A DNA stretch of 64,000 nt from the IMG/VR virus record IMGVR_UViG_3300027815_000006, positions 28,389-92,388 of that record; one strand, given 5' to 3'. Shown here one piece after another: positions 27,294-36,939 of this stretch. This DNA comes from a virus. The position numbers were made by a program, and so were the translations under genes. Position 1 is the first letter of the stretch; each line of letters begins with the position of its first letter. The notes under the pieces were generated by a model, which saw nothing but the letters and a program-made list of their open reading frames with translations, did not search any database and was not told the DNA's origin.

Positions 27294-30200
27294 TCAGAAC
27301 CCGCTCGCCTTCAGGTGCTTCTCGTAGATGTCCTTGGTGCTGTCCCCCACCACCACGAAGTCCTCGATCTTCTGCCCGTTGAACTCCGTAATGCCGTTGC
27401 TCTTGAGGTTGTCGATCACTTGAGTCCTGACGTATGCACTCCCGCACGCGATCTTCACGATGTACTTGGGATCAATCCCGCGTCGCCAGTTCTGCTCGTT
27501 CCCCCCGGAAGCCGTACCCGTACCCACAATATCCCCCAGCGTATCGCTCAAGGATTGACGGTTTTTATAGGTCGGATGGTTTGGTTTGTTGACGCCAAAC
27601 GAATCCCCGTTATAGGCGTACGAGTCCAACCTATCCGCCACGGACGGATGAACAATGTAGTTGATAGGCCCTGTAATGGAACCCGCGTACTGGCACGTCT
27701 GCCCCGCGTTCATGGTCCCCTCGGTCGCAACCCGCGTCAGGAACCCGTCCCCGCTACCGCTGTTGACATCCAACTCGTAGGACTTGCCGTTTTCCTGTGT
27801 GCCCGGTAGCCCCGGAGGAATCCCCGTCTGGTTGCGCGCCACGATACCAAGCAACCCCTTCGTAAGAATGCTGGTAGCGAGCTCCGGCTGACTACTACCC
27901 GCGAAAAAGAACTTGAGGCCCGTGGCTTGCTGGATCTTCTTGTATCTCCCTGGGAGAACCGTAGCGAAGTACCCCGGACTGACCTCCCGAGACTCCAGCT
28001 TGTCCATGTCCGCCTCGGACACGCCCGCATCCTTCAGTTTTTGACGCATAGACGCAGGTGTCTCGTTCTTGAGAGACTTCACCTGCGCATCGAACGTCTG
28101 GGGCGCAACGTCGAACAGGAGATCTGCGAGGCGTCCTACTTCCTTCTCCTGGGGTGTCGGATCCCGCAGCATATCCGCGGCAAAATCCGTCCCGCACAGA
28201 GACAACGCCCGATAGACCCCCGCGTCGAGAGACTCCCCTGGCTTCAGGTAGACCTTCGCAGCCACTTGGTGATTGTATCCGTACTGCTCCGAATCCACCC
28301 CCAGGAGCACCGACGTGTCCCCGTCCGCCCACCGCTTCCCCTTGACCCCAACACGCTGCCACGTCTTGTCCTTGTCTACGTACAGATCCTTGTCTGCGTT
28401 GTAGAATCCGTCTGAGAACAGCTGCGCGTCGGGGTTAGGCATCGTGCCCCCCGAGGGCGGAGGTTTCGGCACTGTCGGACTCACGTTCGTACCCCCCGCC
28501 ATGGAGGGGAGCGCCACCTGGGGTCGCAGACGGAAGAAGACCCGGTAGTATTCCTTCCCCTGGGGATCATTGTGCTTCTGGATGGTCATGGCCTGCCCCA
28601 TGACCGACAGCCCGTCGTGCTGCACCATCGTGTTGCTCCCGAGAGAGCCGCCCAGCCCCACCTCGTGCATCACCTGGGTGTAGCCCTTCGGAGAGAGAGA
28701 GGGCGTGAGCGCCGCCACCTGCGAGGTAGATGTCGCGGTGGGCGCCGGGGGCGGAGGAATCGGGACTTGCTGCCACCCATGCTGCGCGGTCAGAGACGCC
28801 CATTGGTCCTGGGTCAGCGTGATCCCGTACTTCTGCGACCCGTGGGGCTTGGCCTCCGCCGTGATCCCGAGCTTCTTGAGCTTGTCTACGACTGCCTGCG
28901 CCTTTGCGGGCCCGTCCGGCTGCGCGTAGAACGCCTGGAGCTTGAGCGTGATCTTGCTCGCGTCCGAAACCTGACCCACTCCCTCCCCGGGCTTCAAGGC
29001 GTAGAACTCGGGCATCTTCTGAATGATGGCCTGCCCCGTGTGGGGCACGAACATCATCCCCGGCTCCGCAGCCTCCCCGGTGGGGAGCACCGTAAGCGGG
29101 GGAGGTGGTGGTGGCGTGTAGACGGGGAGGTTCCCTGCGCCCACAGCGCTCTTCGGGTACTGGAAGGTCTCCCCCGCCCCCAGCTCCCCGCGCGCCTGCT
29201 TGAACGCCGTCCACATCGCCTCGAAGTCGCTGCGCAGCGACTTCTTGCGCGCGAGAGCGTTCTTCGTTACCGCCTCGCGGTTCTCCTTCGGGAGCGTTAG
29301 GAGATACGGCTGGAGGATGGCCTTGTAGTCCGCGTCGGAGATGGCCTCGGCGGCCTCAATCGCCGGAAGCATGTCCGCGGGGTTGAGCTCGGCCTTGCCC
29401 TCCTTGTACGCCGCGAACAGGTCGCTGTAGAGAGAACTTCCCCCCTCGGCCCCCTTGTAGGAGAGGTCGAGGAGAGCGTTGGCGTCCGATGCCGTCGTGC
29501 CAGCGAAATGCCGGAAAGCTCGGCTCTTGCCCTTGCTGACAGGAACCCCCGTCTCGCCCACGAGGAACCGAGAGGCCTGCGCGTCGTGGTTGCCGATCAA
29601 CCAGTCGAGGACGCGCTCCTTGAGGAGCTGCGCCTTGGCTTCGGGCGCGAACTTCGCCGGGTCTGTGTCGGAACTGGCCGACAGCTCCGTGTGCCCCTTC
29701 GGCACCGCTTGGATCACCCCGTCCTTGAAGGGAGTTACCGAGACGAAAGCGTCCCCGAGCACCAACGACGCCAGCTTCGCGCCCGTCACCCCCGCGGCGA
29801 CTCGCGGGGCTGGAATGTCCCCCGCCGGGTGATACTTCCACTCGTTTCCGGAGGCGTCCGCGTAGAGCCCGCCCCCCTTGTCCGTCAGACTGGCCGCCAC
29901 AGGCCCCACCAACGGCGCGGCCTTCGGAGACGTGTGCTGGAGTGAGAACCCCGCCGCATCCCCGGGTGGCTTGTTCTTGGTAGGCGGCGGAGGTGCTGGA
30001 ATTGCCGGAGGAGCCGGGGGAGCCGGGGGAGCCGGTGAAGGTGACCCCACGCCCCCCGCTCCGACACCGGCACCGGCACCGGCACCGGCACCGGCACCGG
30101 CACCCGCACCGGCACCCGCTCCGGCACCCGCTCCGGCTCCCGCTCCGGCTCCCGCTCCCGCTCCCGCACCCGCACCGGCACCACCCCCGCTCGCTCCAGC

Positions 30201-33200
30201 GCCTCCAGACACCTTTGGAGGTGGGGGCTGCTGGAGCACGGACACCGCATTGGCGGCCAACGTCTCCTGCGCCATCGTGGCAGGCCACGCGACCCCGAAC
30301 ACCGCCTCAAGATGCGCGACGTGTTCGGGGTTTTTGATGCTGCTCTGGAACTTGTCCGCGAGCTTCTTCAGACTGCTGGGAGTTGGAGGCTTCTTCGTGA
30401 GCGCCGCAGGAAAAGACTTGTGAGCATGGCCCACCACGCCAGTCACGAGATCCTCCCCTAAGAGATCCATGACGGTCTTACCCTCGGCAACCCACGCATC
30501 CCCCTTGGAAATTGCGGTGTCCACAGACGGAGCACTCGTGCCCTTGGCTGCCTGCCCGGCGGCGCAGAGCTGCGCGATGTACTTCTTCGCCGCGTCTTGA
30601 TCCCCGAGGTACGTCCCGATTTGCAGGACATACTTTCCGCTGACCTTGTTTTTGGCCAGCGCGGTGATCTTCTTCTCCCACCACTCGGGGGTGTGCAACG
30701 CGCCCAGACCATAGGCCCCCACAATACGCCTCGCCACCCTCAACGAGGCCATGTGCAGCCAGCCAGGGCCACTCTCCCCCACCAACCCCGGTGTCAACGG
30801 CATGGTCCAGGGCCAGCCCGCCTTGGAAAGCCATGACCACCCAGGCCATGTAAGCCCTCCCTCGGCACTGAACGCCGATACCTGCGCTTCCCCCTTCGAG
30901 GGCTCGGACTTCGGTTCGGGCTTCGGCTCTGACTTCGGCTCTAACTTCGCAGGAGCACCCCCGATGCCCATGTGCTTCTTGACCTGAGCGAGGAAGTCCG
31001 CGGGATCGGACCCCCCATAGCCTAGCGCCACAAGGGTACTAGTGGCGGGTGTAAGTGGAGGGAACTGCGCCAAAAACGTCGCCGCCCACAACGTCGCCGC
31101 GTCCGGTCCGAGAGCCGCTTTTACCCCCGCGACACTCTTACCCGCGAGATCCTGAGCAAGGGCCGCGAGCCCCGCCTTCGTAAACCCCTTGAGAGGACCC
31201 GTCATCACCGGCCCTGAGCCGGTTGGTGTGATAACCGCCTGAAGGTACCCGTGGAGCTTCGCCTTGAGAACCGGCCATGGCGTGCCGGTCATGGCCTCAA
31301 TGTCCGCCTCGGGAATACCGAAATTACTAGGAAGAGTAGCGAGCGCGGACGCCACGGTCTGACCGGAGGCGTGAACCTTGACGGACGCCGCGCCCCCTAG
31401 AATCTTCTCCGCCCAGAAGTCCCCGTAGAGATCCTTGAGCTTCTTCTCCTCGCCAGACAAAAACCCCGGCGTACTGGGAGAATTCGACCACGCCTGGAAA
31501 TCGCTCGCCAAGCTGGCGATGGACTTCCCCGCGAAAGGCCCCGCAGCGTCCCACATTGCGACTGAAGGCTGCACATCCGCCACGCCCCCCGCACCCGCCA
31601 TGTACCCCTTGATCTTCTCGACGTACTCCCCCGAAGGATAGGGAATACCCATCGCACCCGCCCATGCCGGGCCGTCAGGGTCCGCACTCGGACCGCCTAC
31701 AGCCCCCGCCTCCTTCGCAATGATGAACCCGGCGGTGAGGAACGTGGCGTAGTCCGGGCCGTAATCCTTCTCCAGATCCACCGCGGAGCTTGTGTTGTAC
31801 TGGAGGAAAAGCTCCTCAAGCCCTCCCTTGGTCCAGCCCTTGAGGGGCCCCGTCATCTTGGGCTCCTGCTCCGCCGGACCCGCCATCAAAAACCCGTGAG
31901 TCTGCGCCGCGAGAAGAGGCAGTGTGGTGCCCGCCGCCGCCGCCACACCCTTCCACATATCCTGCACGCTGGGCTGACTCAGCAAATCCGAGAGCTTCGT
32001 GGCTACAAACCCGGCCCCCGAACTGTCTGCGGCGTGCGCGGCGAGAAGAAGAGGCGCCCACTGCTCGCCGTACGCCTTCTTCAGGAGAGCAACAGCGCTG
32101 GGCTCCTGGACACTCGTAAGCGCAGGATGAGTGTCCACGGGCGCGGCGTTATACGCCGTCCACATCGCCGCCAACGCCGCTTGATCCTTGCCCGCCAGAG
32201 GCCCTGCCGAACTCCACATCTCTACGGCGGAGCCCGTGTCAGACTTGGAGGGGGAAGCGCCACTCCCCGCAGGCCCACCGGAAGAGCTCCCCGTGGAGGC
32301 CGCGGCCTCCTTCTTCTTCAGCGCGGCTACGTACCCCTCGATCTTGGCCTGGAACGCCTGCTTGTCGGCATCGGAGCCGGGGTAACTGTAACCGAAGGAC
32401 GCAAGGTCCATGCCGGATGCGTAGGCCCCCCCGAGGAGCAACTCCTTCCAATCGGGTCCGTAAAGCGCCTGGAGCTTACCCGCACTCGCGCTTGTGGGGA
32501 CTAACAAAGCCAGAGACAGCCCAGGATGCGTCGTGGCGGGCGCATTCGAGTATTCCACCCACAGGGCCTTCAGCCCATCCACCGTGTAACCCTTCAACGG
32601 TCCAAGCGCTGCGTCCCCAGGGTTATCCACAACCGGCTTGTCTGCGACAGGCTTGTCTACCGTAGGTGTGCCTGCGGGATTGTCCTTGAGGGCTGGGACT
32701 ACGTGGGCACCCTTCGGAGCCCAGCCTCCGGCGAAGGTGAAGGCGCCATCCTGCCCGAGACGCTTCTTGTAGAGCTTGGTGAGGAACGCCTCGAAGTCCT
32801 TCCGGACGTTCTTCTTTCGCTCCAGCGCCGCCTGGACAAACGCATCCGTACTGTTCTCGTGCCCCGGAGGCAGGGATGCCGCGTAGTCCTTGAGGAGCTT
32901 CGTGTACGCGGCATCGTCAAATTCCTCGACGGACTCAATCGCGGGAAGCATGGACTTCGGATCGAAGTCCATGGTGTTGTCCTTGAAGGCGTTCCAGAAG
33001 GTGTTGTAGTAGGGCGGGATGGGGTTGGGGTTGTAGTCCGCGGAGAGATCGTCCTCCCCGAAGTTCTTGAACCCCTGCTCCTTGTCGATCCCGAGTACGC
33101 GGGTGACCCCGCCCACCTTCGCCCGCACGAAGTTGTCGAAGTAGCTGTCGTGGTTGGAGGTCACCCAGTCCACGATGTGCTCCATGGCCACGTCCAGCTT

Positions 33201-36041
33201 GGATGTGTCCGAGAGCTTCTCCGGCGCGTTCGCCCACTGCTGGAGCGTCGCGCGCGGAGTGGCCTCAATCCACGGACGCAGAAGCCCCGGCATCCCGTTG
33301 ATGGTCTCCATCCGCACGGGAGGCGAAAAGGGCTTCACGACCTGCTGAAGCGCCGTACAGATCTCGTGAGACTTAGGACGCCACGGCTCCTTCTTGCTAG
33401 TGTTCCCCTTCTGCACAGCCCACTGGAAAAAGAAAAGGCTCCCCCCGTGCTTCGGGGCCTCCTGAACGTGCTGGAGCCAGGCGCCCCCATACTTTGCCTG
33501 GAGCCCCGCCGCCGCGACGTTGGAGATGTAAATGTCCTTCTTCCCCGCGCCCCCCAACGCAATCGTCCCTGGGGGGAGCTTCGTCAGCTCCGACACCGGA
33601 GGGATCGTGGAGACGAAGGGGAGGTCCTCCACCCCCGTGTCGTTCTCCGGGGGAACCGCCGAGGTGTCGAGCGCCGCCGGGGCCGCCGAAGCCCCCTCTG
33701 TAGGCGCAAGGATCGGCGCCGTGAACGGAACCTTCAGCGAGAGCGCGCCCTCGGCCCCCGGAGCGGCGGTCAGCGCCAGCACGGCCTCGTTCTTCCAGGG
33801 CCCCCCAGAAAACAGATCGCTCAGGAGCTCAGACTCATCGGGAGAAAGTCCCGCCGCCAGCGCGTCCATCTTCGCGCCCGCGCCCCCAGGAGGATACGGG
33901 GCCGTCGCATCGGGCGAAGAGAGGAGCATCCCGAGGGCCGCCGCCTGCGCCCAGTCGGAGCCGACATCCTTGGCCACGGAAGCCATGACCTCGGGGTCTT
34001 CGAGGATCGCGGTGACCGCCTTGGGTACGGACCCGTAGAGCTCCTTGAGCTTCTTGGCGTAGGTCTGAAGACCCCCCACCGTCGCGGAGGCAAGCTGCAC
34101 CGGAGAAGCCGCGGGCTCCTTCGGCTGGGGTACGTCAATCTCCGGCTCGGGCTCCGACGGGGGTTCGGGTGGCAGCACCGGATCCGACGCAGCCGGGTTT
34201 ACGGGAGCGGACCCGTACTTTTGCATCATCCCCCAGAGCGCCGTGACCTTCTCCGCACCGCCTAGCAGTGCGACCGATGTGGGGAAGTTTGTAAGAAACG
34301 CCCCCAACCCCCCAGCGAGCAGCACCGTCTGCTTGAAGGTGCCCAGCATCGCCTTCCCCGTAGTAATAGCGGCGAGAACAGTATCGAAGCTCCCGTAGTA
34401 CCCCGTCAAGAGCTTCTGGATATCAGCGCTCATCCCGCCGTACCCCGCGGGGTTGTGCGCGGAGGCTAGCTGTAGCAGGGCGAGCTCCTTGGAGCTCGTG
34501 AGATCAAAGGTGTCCCCGAGGAAGGTGAACGCCTGGACGGTCTGCGCGGGAGGAGAAGACTTCGCCGTACCGCCGTCCGGCGACGCCGCCAGATCAATGC
34601 TGGGCTCGGAGGGCTTGACCTTCGGCTTCGTGGACGCCTCGTAGGCACCCTTCCAGTCCGCAAAGCCCGCGCCCTGAACATACCCGTTCAGTTTCGCCAT
34701 GAACTCGGCGGAGAACAGATCCTCGGGGAAATTGTCGGCGCCCCCGAAGCCATGAACCAGCGCAGCTACGTCCGCCATCGCATTTGTGGAGGTGGGGAGC
34801 GCGCCTCCCCAAGCCCACCCGCTCTCCTCCTTCTGGATGTCCTTGACGAGCTTGACGTGATCGTCGTAGTCCGCGGCCCACCCGGAGGGAAGGAGGAGCT
34901 CCGTGTCGTGCACAAAGGACGGCCAGTCCGCCTTGAGCTCCGCTGTGGTCGCACCCCCAAAAAGCGCGTGCAGGGCCTTGAGCACCCCCACGGAGAGCGG
35001 CTCCTCAGGAACGACCGCGTGATCTGCGAGGATCGCAACGATCCCGTCGTACTTCTTGTTCCACTCTACCTGCTTCGCCACCGCCGCCTTCAACGGACCG
35101 ATGTGCTGCTTGGCAATAGCAAGCCAGCCGTCCCCAGAAATCTGCCCCACCGTATTCACCGTCCCGGGGGACAGCGCGTCCAAATCATCCACCGCACCGG
35201 CAGGTGCGAAGTTTGTCAGGAGGGCCGCGGTCTGCGTGAACCACGACTCCGCAGGGAGCGGATAGACCACCGGAGCGGCCTTGACCTCGGGAGGCGTGTC
35301 GGCCTTCGGCATCGCGCCGGTCCCCCCGTCCGCGGCGGGCGGCGGAGGGGGCTCATGCCACGGATCCTCCGGCTCGGGCTCTGGAGGAAGAACAGGCGGA
35401 GCATCCTTCGCTTCCGGAGGGGGCGCGGGCGGTGGCGTGGGCTCCGGCTCCGCCTTCAGAGCCGGGGGCTCGGGTTCCGGCTCGGGTTCCGGCTCGGGTT
35501 CTGAGGGCTCCGTAGGCTCCGCGGACGGGGCGGGCGTAGCCGGTTCGGGTGCTGCGGAAGGCTCCGGCTCGGGTACCGTACCCTTCGGGAGCTTCGAGAC
35601 AACCAGGGCTTGCCAGCCAGCCTTCATGTCCGGGTGCGTGAGCGCCACGGTGAGCTTCGGCTTCCAGTCGGCGCCCAGCCACTTCGTGAGCTGCTTCACC
35701 AGCCCCGCATGGACAGCATCCACCGCCGCCTTCTGCGCCTCGGGCGTCGCCGCGTTTACAACCGCGCCCAGCGCCTTGACGTTCTCGCCCGAGGGCGTGG
35801 CGAGATACTTCCAGTTGGCCGCACCCGCCCCCGGCTTGTCATCGTATTTGATGTAGAGAAGCTGCTTCGGCGGCTTCCCGTAGAGCTGCACCGTCCCCTT
35901 GGGCCAGTTGTCGCTCGCCTTGGCTTCCTCCAGGGCAAACGCCTCGGGGGAGAGCGTGTCCGCGTCCCCGTGGAGCGTGTCCCACAGATGGTCTGCGGAC
36001 CACCAATCGGAGGCGCCCCCGTCGTGCCCAGGCGCCCTCAC
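27294..36041 (-). CDS. Giant multidomain (polyvalent-type) protein: two HipA/PI3K-like kinase domains, five internal repeats, possible C-terminal ART-like domain
   Basis: 2915-aa ORF; VDWVTSNHDSYFDN..LGIDKEQGF and LDWLIGNHDAQASRF; repeats starting GP(L/F)xG; Pro-rich and (GA)n linkers. Confidence 0.8.
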   Translation of the reverse strand: MRAPGHDGGASDWWSADHLWDTLHGDADTLSPEAFALEEAKASDNWPKGTVQLYGKPPKQLLYIKYDDKPGAGAANWKYLATPSGENVKALGAVVNAATPEAQKAAVDAVHAGLVKQLTKWLGADWKPKLTVALTHPDMKAGWQALVVSKLPKGTVPEPEPSAAPEPATPAPSAEPTEPSEPEPEPEPEPEPPALKAEPEPTPPPAPPPEAKDAPPVLPPEPEPEDPWHEPPPPPAADGGTGAMPKADTPPEVKAAPVVYPLPAESWFTQTAALLTNFAPAGAVDDLDALSPGTVNTVGQISGDGWLAIAKQHIGPLKAAVAKQVEWNKKYDGIVAILADHAVVPEEPLSVGVLKALHALFGGATTAELKADWPSFVHDTELLLPSGWAADYDDHVKLVKDIQKEESGWAWGGALPTSTNAMADVAALVHGFGGADNFPEDLFSAEFMAKLNGYVQGAGFADWKGAYEASTKPKVKPSEPSIDLAASPDGGTAKSSPPAQTVQAFTFLGDTFDLTSSKELALLQLASAHNPAGYGGMSADIQKLLTGYYGSFDTVLAAITTGKAMLGTFKQTVLLAGGLGAFLTNFPTSVALLGGAEKVTALWGMMQKYGSAPVNPAASDPVLPPEPPSEPEPEIDVPQPKEPAASPVQLASATVGGLQTYAKKLKELYGSVPKAVTAILEDPEVMASVAKDVGSDWAQAAALGMLLSSPDATAPYPPGGAGAKMDALAAGLSPDESELLSDLFSGGPWKNEAVLALTAAPGAEGALSLKVPFTAPILAPTEGASAAPAALDTSAVPPENDTGVEDLPFVSTIPPVSELTKLPPGTIALGGAGKKDIYISNVAAAGLQAKYGGAWLQHVQEAPKHGGSLFFFQWAVQKGNTSKKEPWRPKSHEICTALQQVVKPFSPPVRMETINGMPGLLRPWIEATPRATLQQWANAPEKLSDTSKLDVAMEHIVDWVTSNHDSYFDNFVRAKVGGVTRVLGIDKEQGFKNFGEDDLSADYNPNPIPPYYNTFWNAFKDNTMDFDPKSMLPAIESVEEFDDAAYTKLLKDYAASLPPGHENSTDAFVQAALERKKNVRKDFEAFLTKLYKKRLGQDGAFTFAGGWAPKGAHVVPALKDNPAGTPTVDKPVADKPVVDNPGDAALGPLKGYTVDGLKALWVEYSNAPATTHPGLSLALLVPTSASAGKLQALYGPDWKELLLGGAYASGMDLASFGYSYPGSDADKQAFQAKIEGYVAALKKKEAAASTGSSSGGPAGSGASPSKSDTGSAVEMWSSAGPLAGKDQAALAAMWTAYNAAPVDTHPALTSVQEPSAVALLKKAYGEQWAPLLLAAHAADSSGAGFVATKLSDLLSQPSVQDMWKGVAAAAGTTLPLLAAQTHGFLMAGPAEQEPKMTGPLKGWTKGGLEELFLQYNTSSAVDLEKDYGPDYATFLTAGFIIAKEAGAVGGPSADPDGPAWAGAMGIPYPSGEYVEKIKGYMAGAGGVADVQPSVAMWDAAGPFAGKSIASLASDFQAWSNSPSTPGFLSGEEKKLKDLYGDFWAEKILGGAASVKVHASGQTVASALATLPSNFGIPEADIEAMTGTPWPVLKAKLHGYLQAVITPTGSGPVMTGPLKGFTKAGLAALAQDLAGKSVAGVKAALGPDAATLWAATFLAQFPPLTPATSTLVALGYGGSDPADFLAQVKKHMGIGGAPAKLEPKSEPKPEPKSEPSKGEAQVSAFSAEGGLTWPGWSWLSKAGWPWTMPLTPGLVGESGPGWLHMASLRVARRIVGAYGLGALHTPEWWEKKITALAKNKVSGKYVLQIGTYLGDQDAAKKYIAQLCAAGQAAKGTSAPSVDTAISKGDAWVAEGKTVMDLLGEDLVTGVVGHAHKSFPAALTKKPPTPSSLKKLADKFQSSIKNPEHVAHLEAVFGVAWPATMAQETLAANAVSVLQQPPPPKVSGGAGASGGGAGAGAGAGAGAGAGAGAGAGAGAGAGAGAGAGAGAGAGVGAGGVGSPSPAPPAPPAPPAIPAPPPPTKNKPPGDAAGFSLQHTSPKAAPLVGPVAASLTDKGGGLYADASGNEWKYHPAGDIPAPRVAAGVTGAKLASLVLGDAFVSVTPFKDGVIQAVPKGHTELSASSDTDPAKFAPEAKAQLLKERVLDWLIGNHDAQASRFLVGETGVPVSKGKSRAFRHFAGTTASDANALLDLSYKGAEGGSSLYSDLFAAYKEGKAELNPADMLPAIEAAEAISDADYKAILQPYLLTLPKENREAVTKNALARKKSLRSDFEAMWTAFKQARGELGAGETFQYPKSAVGAGNLPVYTPPPPPPLTVLPTGEAAEPGMMFVPHTGQAIIQKMPEFYALKPGEGVGQVSDASKITLKLQAFYAQPDGPAKAQAVVDKLKKLGITAEAKPHGSQKYGITLTQDQWASLTAQHGWQQVPIPPPPAPTATSTSQVAALTPSLSPKGYTQVMHEVGLGGSLGSNTMVQHDGLSVMGQAMTIQKHNDPQGKEYYRVFFRLRPQVALPSMAGGTNVSPTVPKPPPSGGTMPNPDAQLFSDGFYNADKDLYVDKDKTWQRVGVKGKRWADGDTSVLLGVDSEQYGYNHQVAAKVYLKPGESLDAGVYRALSLCGTDFAADMLRDPTPQEKEVGRLADLLFDVAPQTFDAQVKSLKNETPASMRQKLKDAGVSEADMDKLESREVSPGYFATVLPGRYKKIQQATGLKFFFAGSSQPELATSILTKGLLGIVARNQTGIPPGLPGTQENGKSYELDVNSGSGDGFLTRVATEGTMNAGQTCQYAGSITGPINYIVHPSVADRLDSYAYNGDSFGVNKPNHPTYKNRQSLSDTLGDIVGTGTASGGNEQNWRRGIDPKYIVKIACGSAYVRTQVIDNLKSNGITEFNGQKIEDFVVVGDSTKDIYEKHLKASGF
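30058..30185. repeat. Hexamer tandem repeat encoding about 20 Gly-Ala units
   Basis: (GCACCG/GCTCCG/GCTCCC)n. Confidence 0.9.
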
Positions 36042-36757
36042 GGCCCCTCCCAGATACGACCCTTCGAGTCCTTCCGCGCGACGATGAAGAAGCTCAGGTT
36101 CTTCCGGGCATGGAGCTGCCGCACACAGCGGGAAACCCCTGCTTTGGCGGCCCGGACCAACATGAAGAGATCCTCTACCACAAAACCTGCGGCCTCATAA
36201 TGCCGGATGAGCTCTACGTGCGTCAAGCGCTGCCTGTTCGCGCAGACCTCATCCTGGCACTTCACCACGTAGACCCCGTTGTCACACAAAACCCGCGCGT
36301 GCTCCTTGAATCCCTCGAAGTAGAAGGACAGAAGCGCCTCGTGCCACTTCCCCTCTGGCGTCTCCTCTGGGGGCGCCCCCTCCCCGACCTTGTAGTACGA
36401 CCTGAAGGCTTGGTGTTCTGAGGTCTGGTAGGTGGAGTCCCCCGAAGGCCGAAGGTACGGAGGATCGAAGACGAGAAGCTCCAGGGAGCCGGAGGAGTAG
36501 GGGAGGTGCCGGGCGTCCGTGCCCGTCTGAATGTCCGATAGGTAGCGGGTCTTGTATTGGTCGTCCGGGATTCGCCGCCAGAAGACCCCCGTCCCGTAGG
36601 TCACGTCCGCAATGCGGGAATCCTGCCGCGCGTAGAGCTGGAGGATCGTGGGGAAAATGTCGGAGGAGTCCCCCACCACGGCGGCCTGCACAAGATCCGT
36701 GCGTGCGCTACCCCTCGGGGACTTCCGAGACTTCGCGGGCTGGATCTCCGTGGTCAT
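36038..36757 (-). CDS. DNA amino-methyltransferase (probably m6A)
   Basis: DVTYGTG SAM motif and FDPPY catalytic motif; start MTTEIQ. Confidence 0.85.
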   Translation of the reverse strand: MTTEIQPAKSRKSPRGSARTDLVQAAVVGDSSDIFPTILQLYARQDSRIADVTYGTGVFWRRIPDDQYKTRYLSDIQTGTDARHLPYSSGSLELLVFDPPYLRPSGDSTYQTSEHQAFRSYYKVGEGAPPEETPEGKWHEALLSFYFEGFKEHARVLCDNGVYVVKCQDEVCANRQRLTHVELIRHYEAAGFVVEDLFMLVRAAKAGVSRCVRQLHARKNLSFFIVARKDSKGRIWEGP

Positions 36758-36939
36758 TCTGAGGGAGGATCGCCGTTCTCGTCCTGTACATCCTCGCGGC
36801 CTTCGCCCTTGGCCCACATGATCACAAGCTCCGCGAGTTCCTTGTGGATGCCGAGGAGCATCGAGAGCTCGTGCGGGGAGTGAGCCTCCAGAGGCTTCGC
36901 CAGCGGGGGCGGTGTGTGTTCGTTGGCGGTCTCGGTCAT
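36754..36939 (-). CDS. Small hypothetical protein
   Basis: MTETANEH, ATGA-coupled at both ends. Confidence 0.55.
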   Translation of the reverse strand: MTETANEHTPPPLAKPLEAHSPHELSMLLGIHKELAELVIMWAKGEGREDVQDENGDPPSE

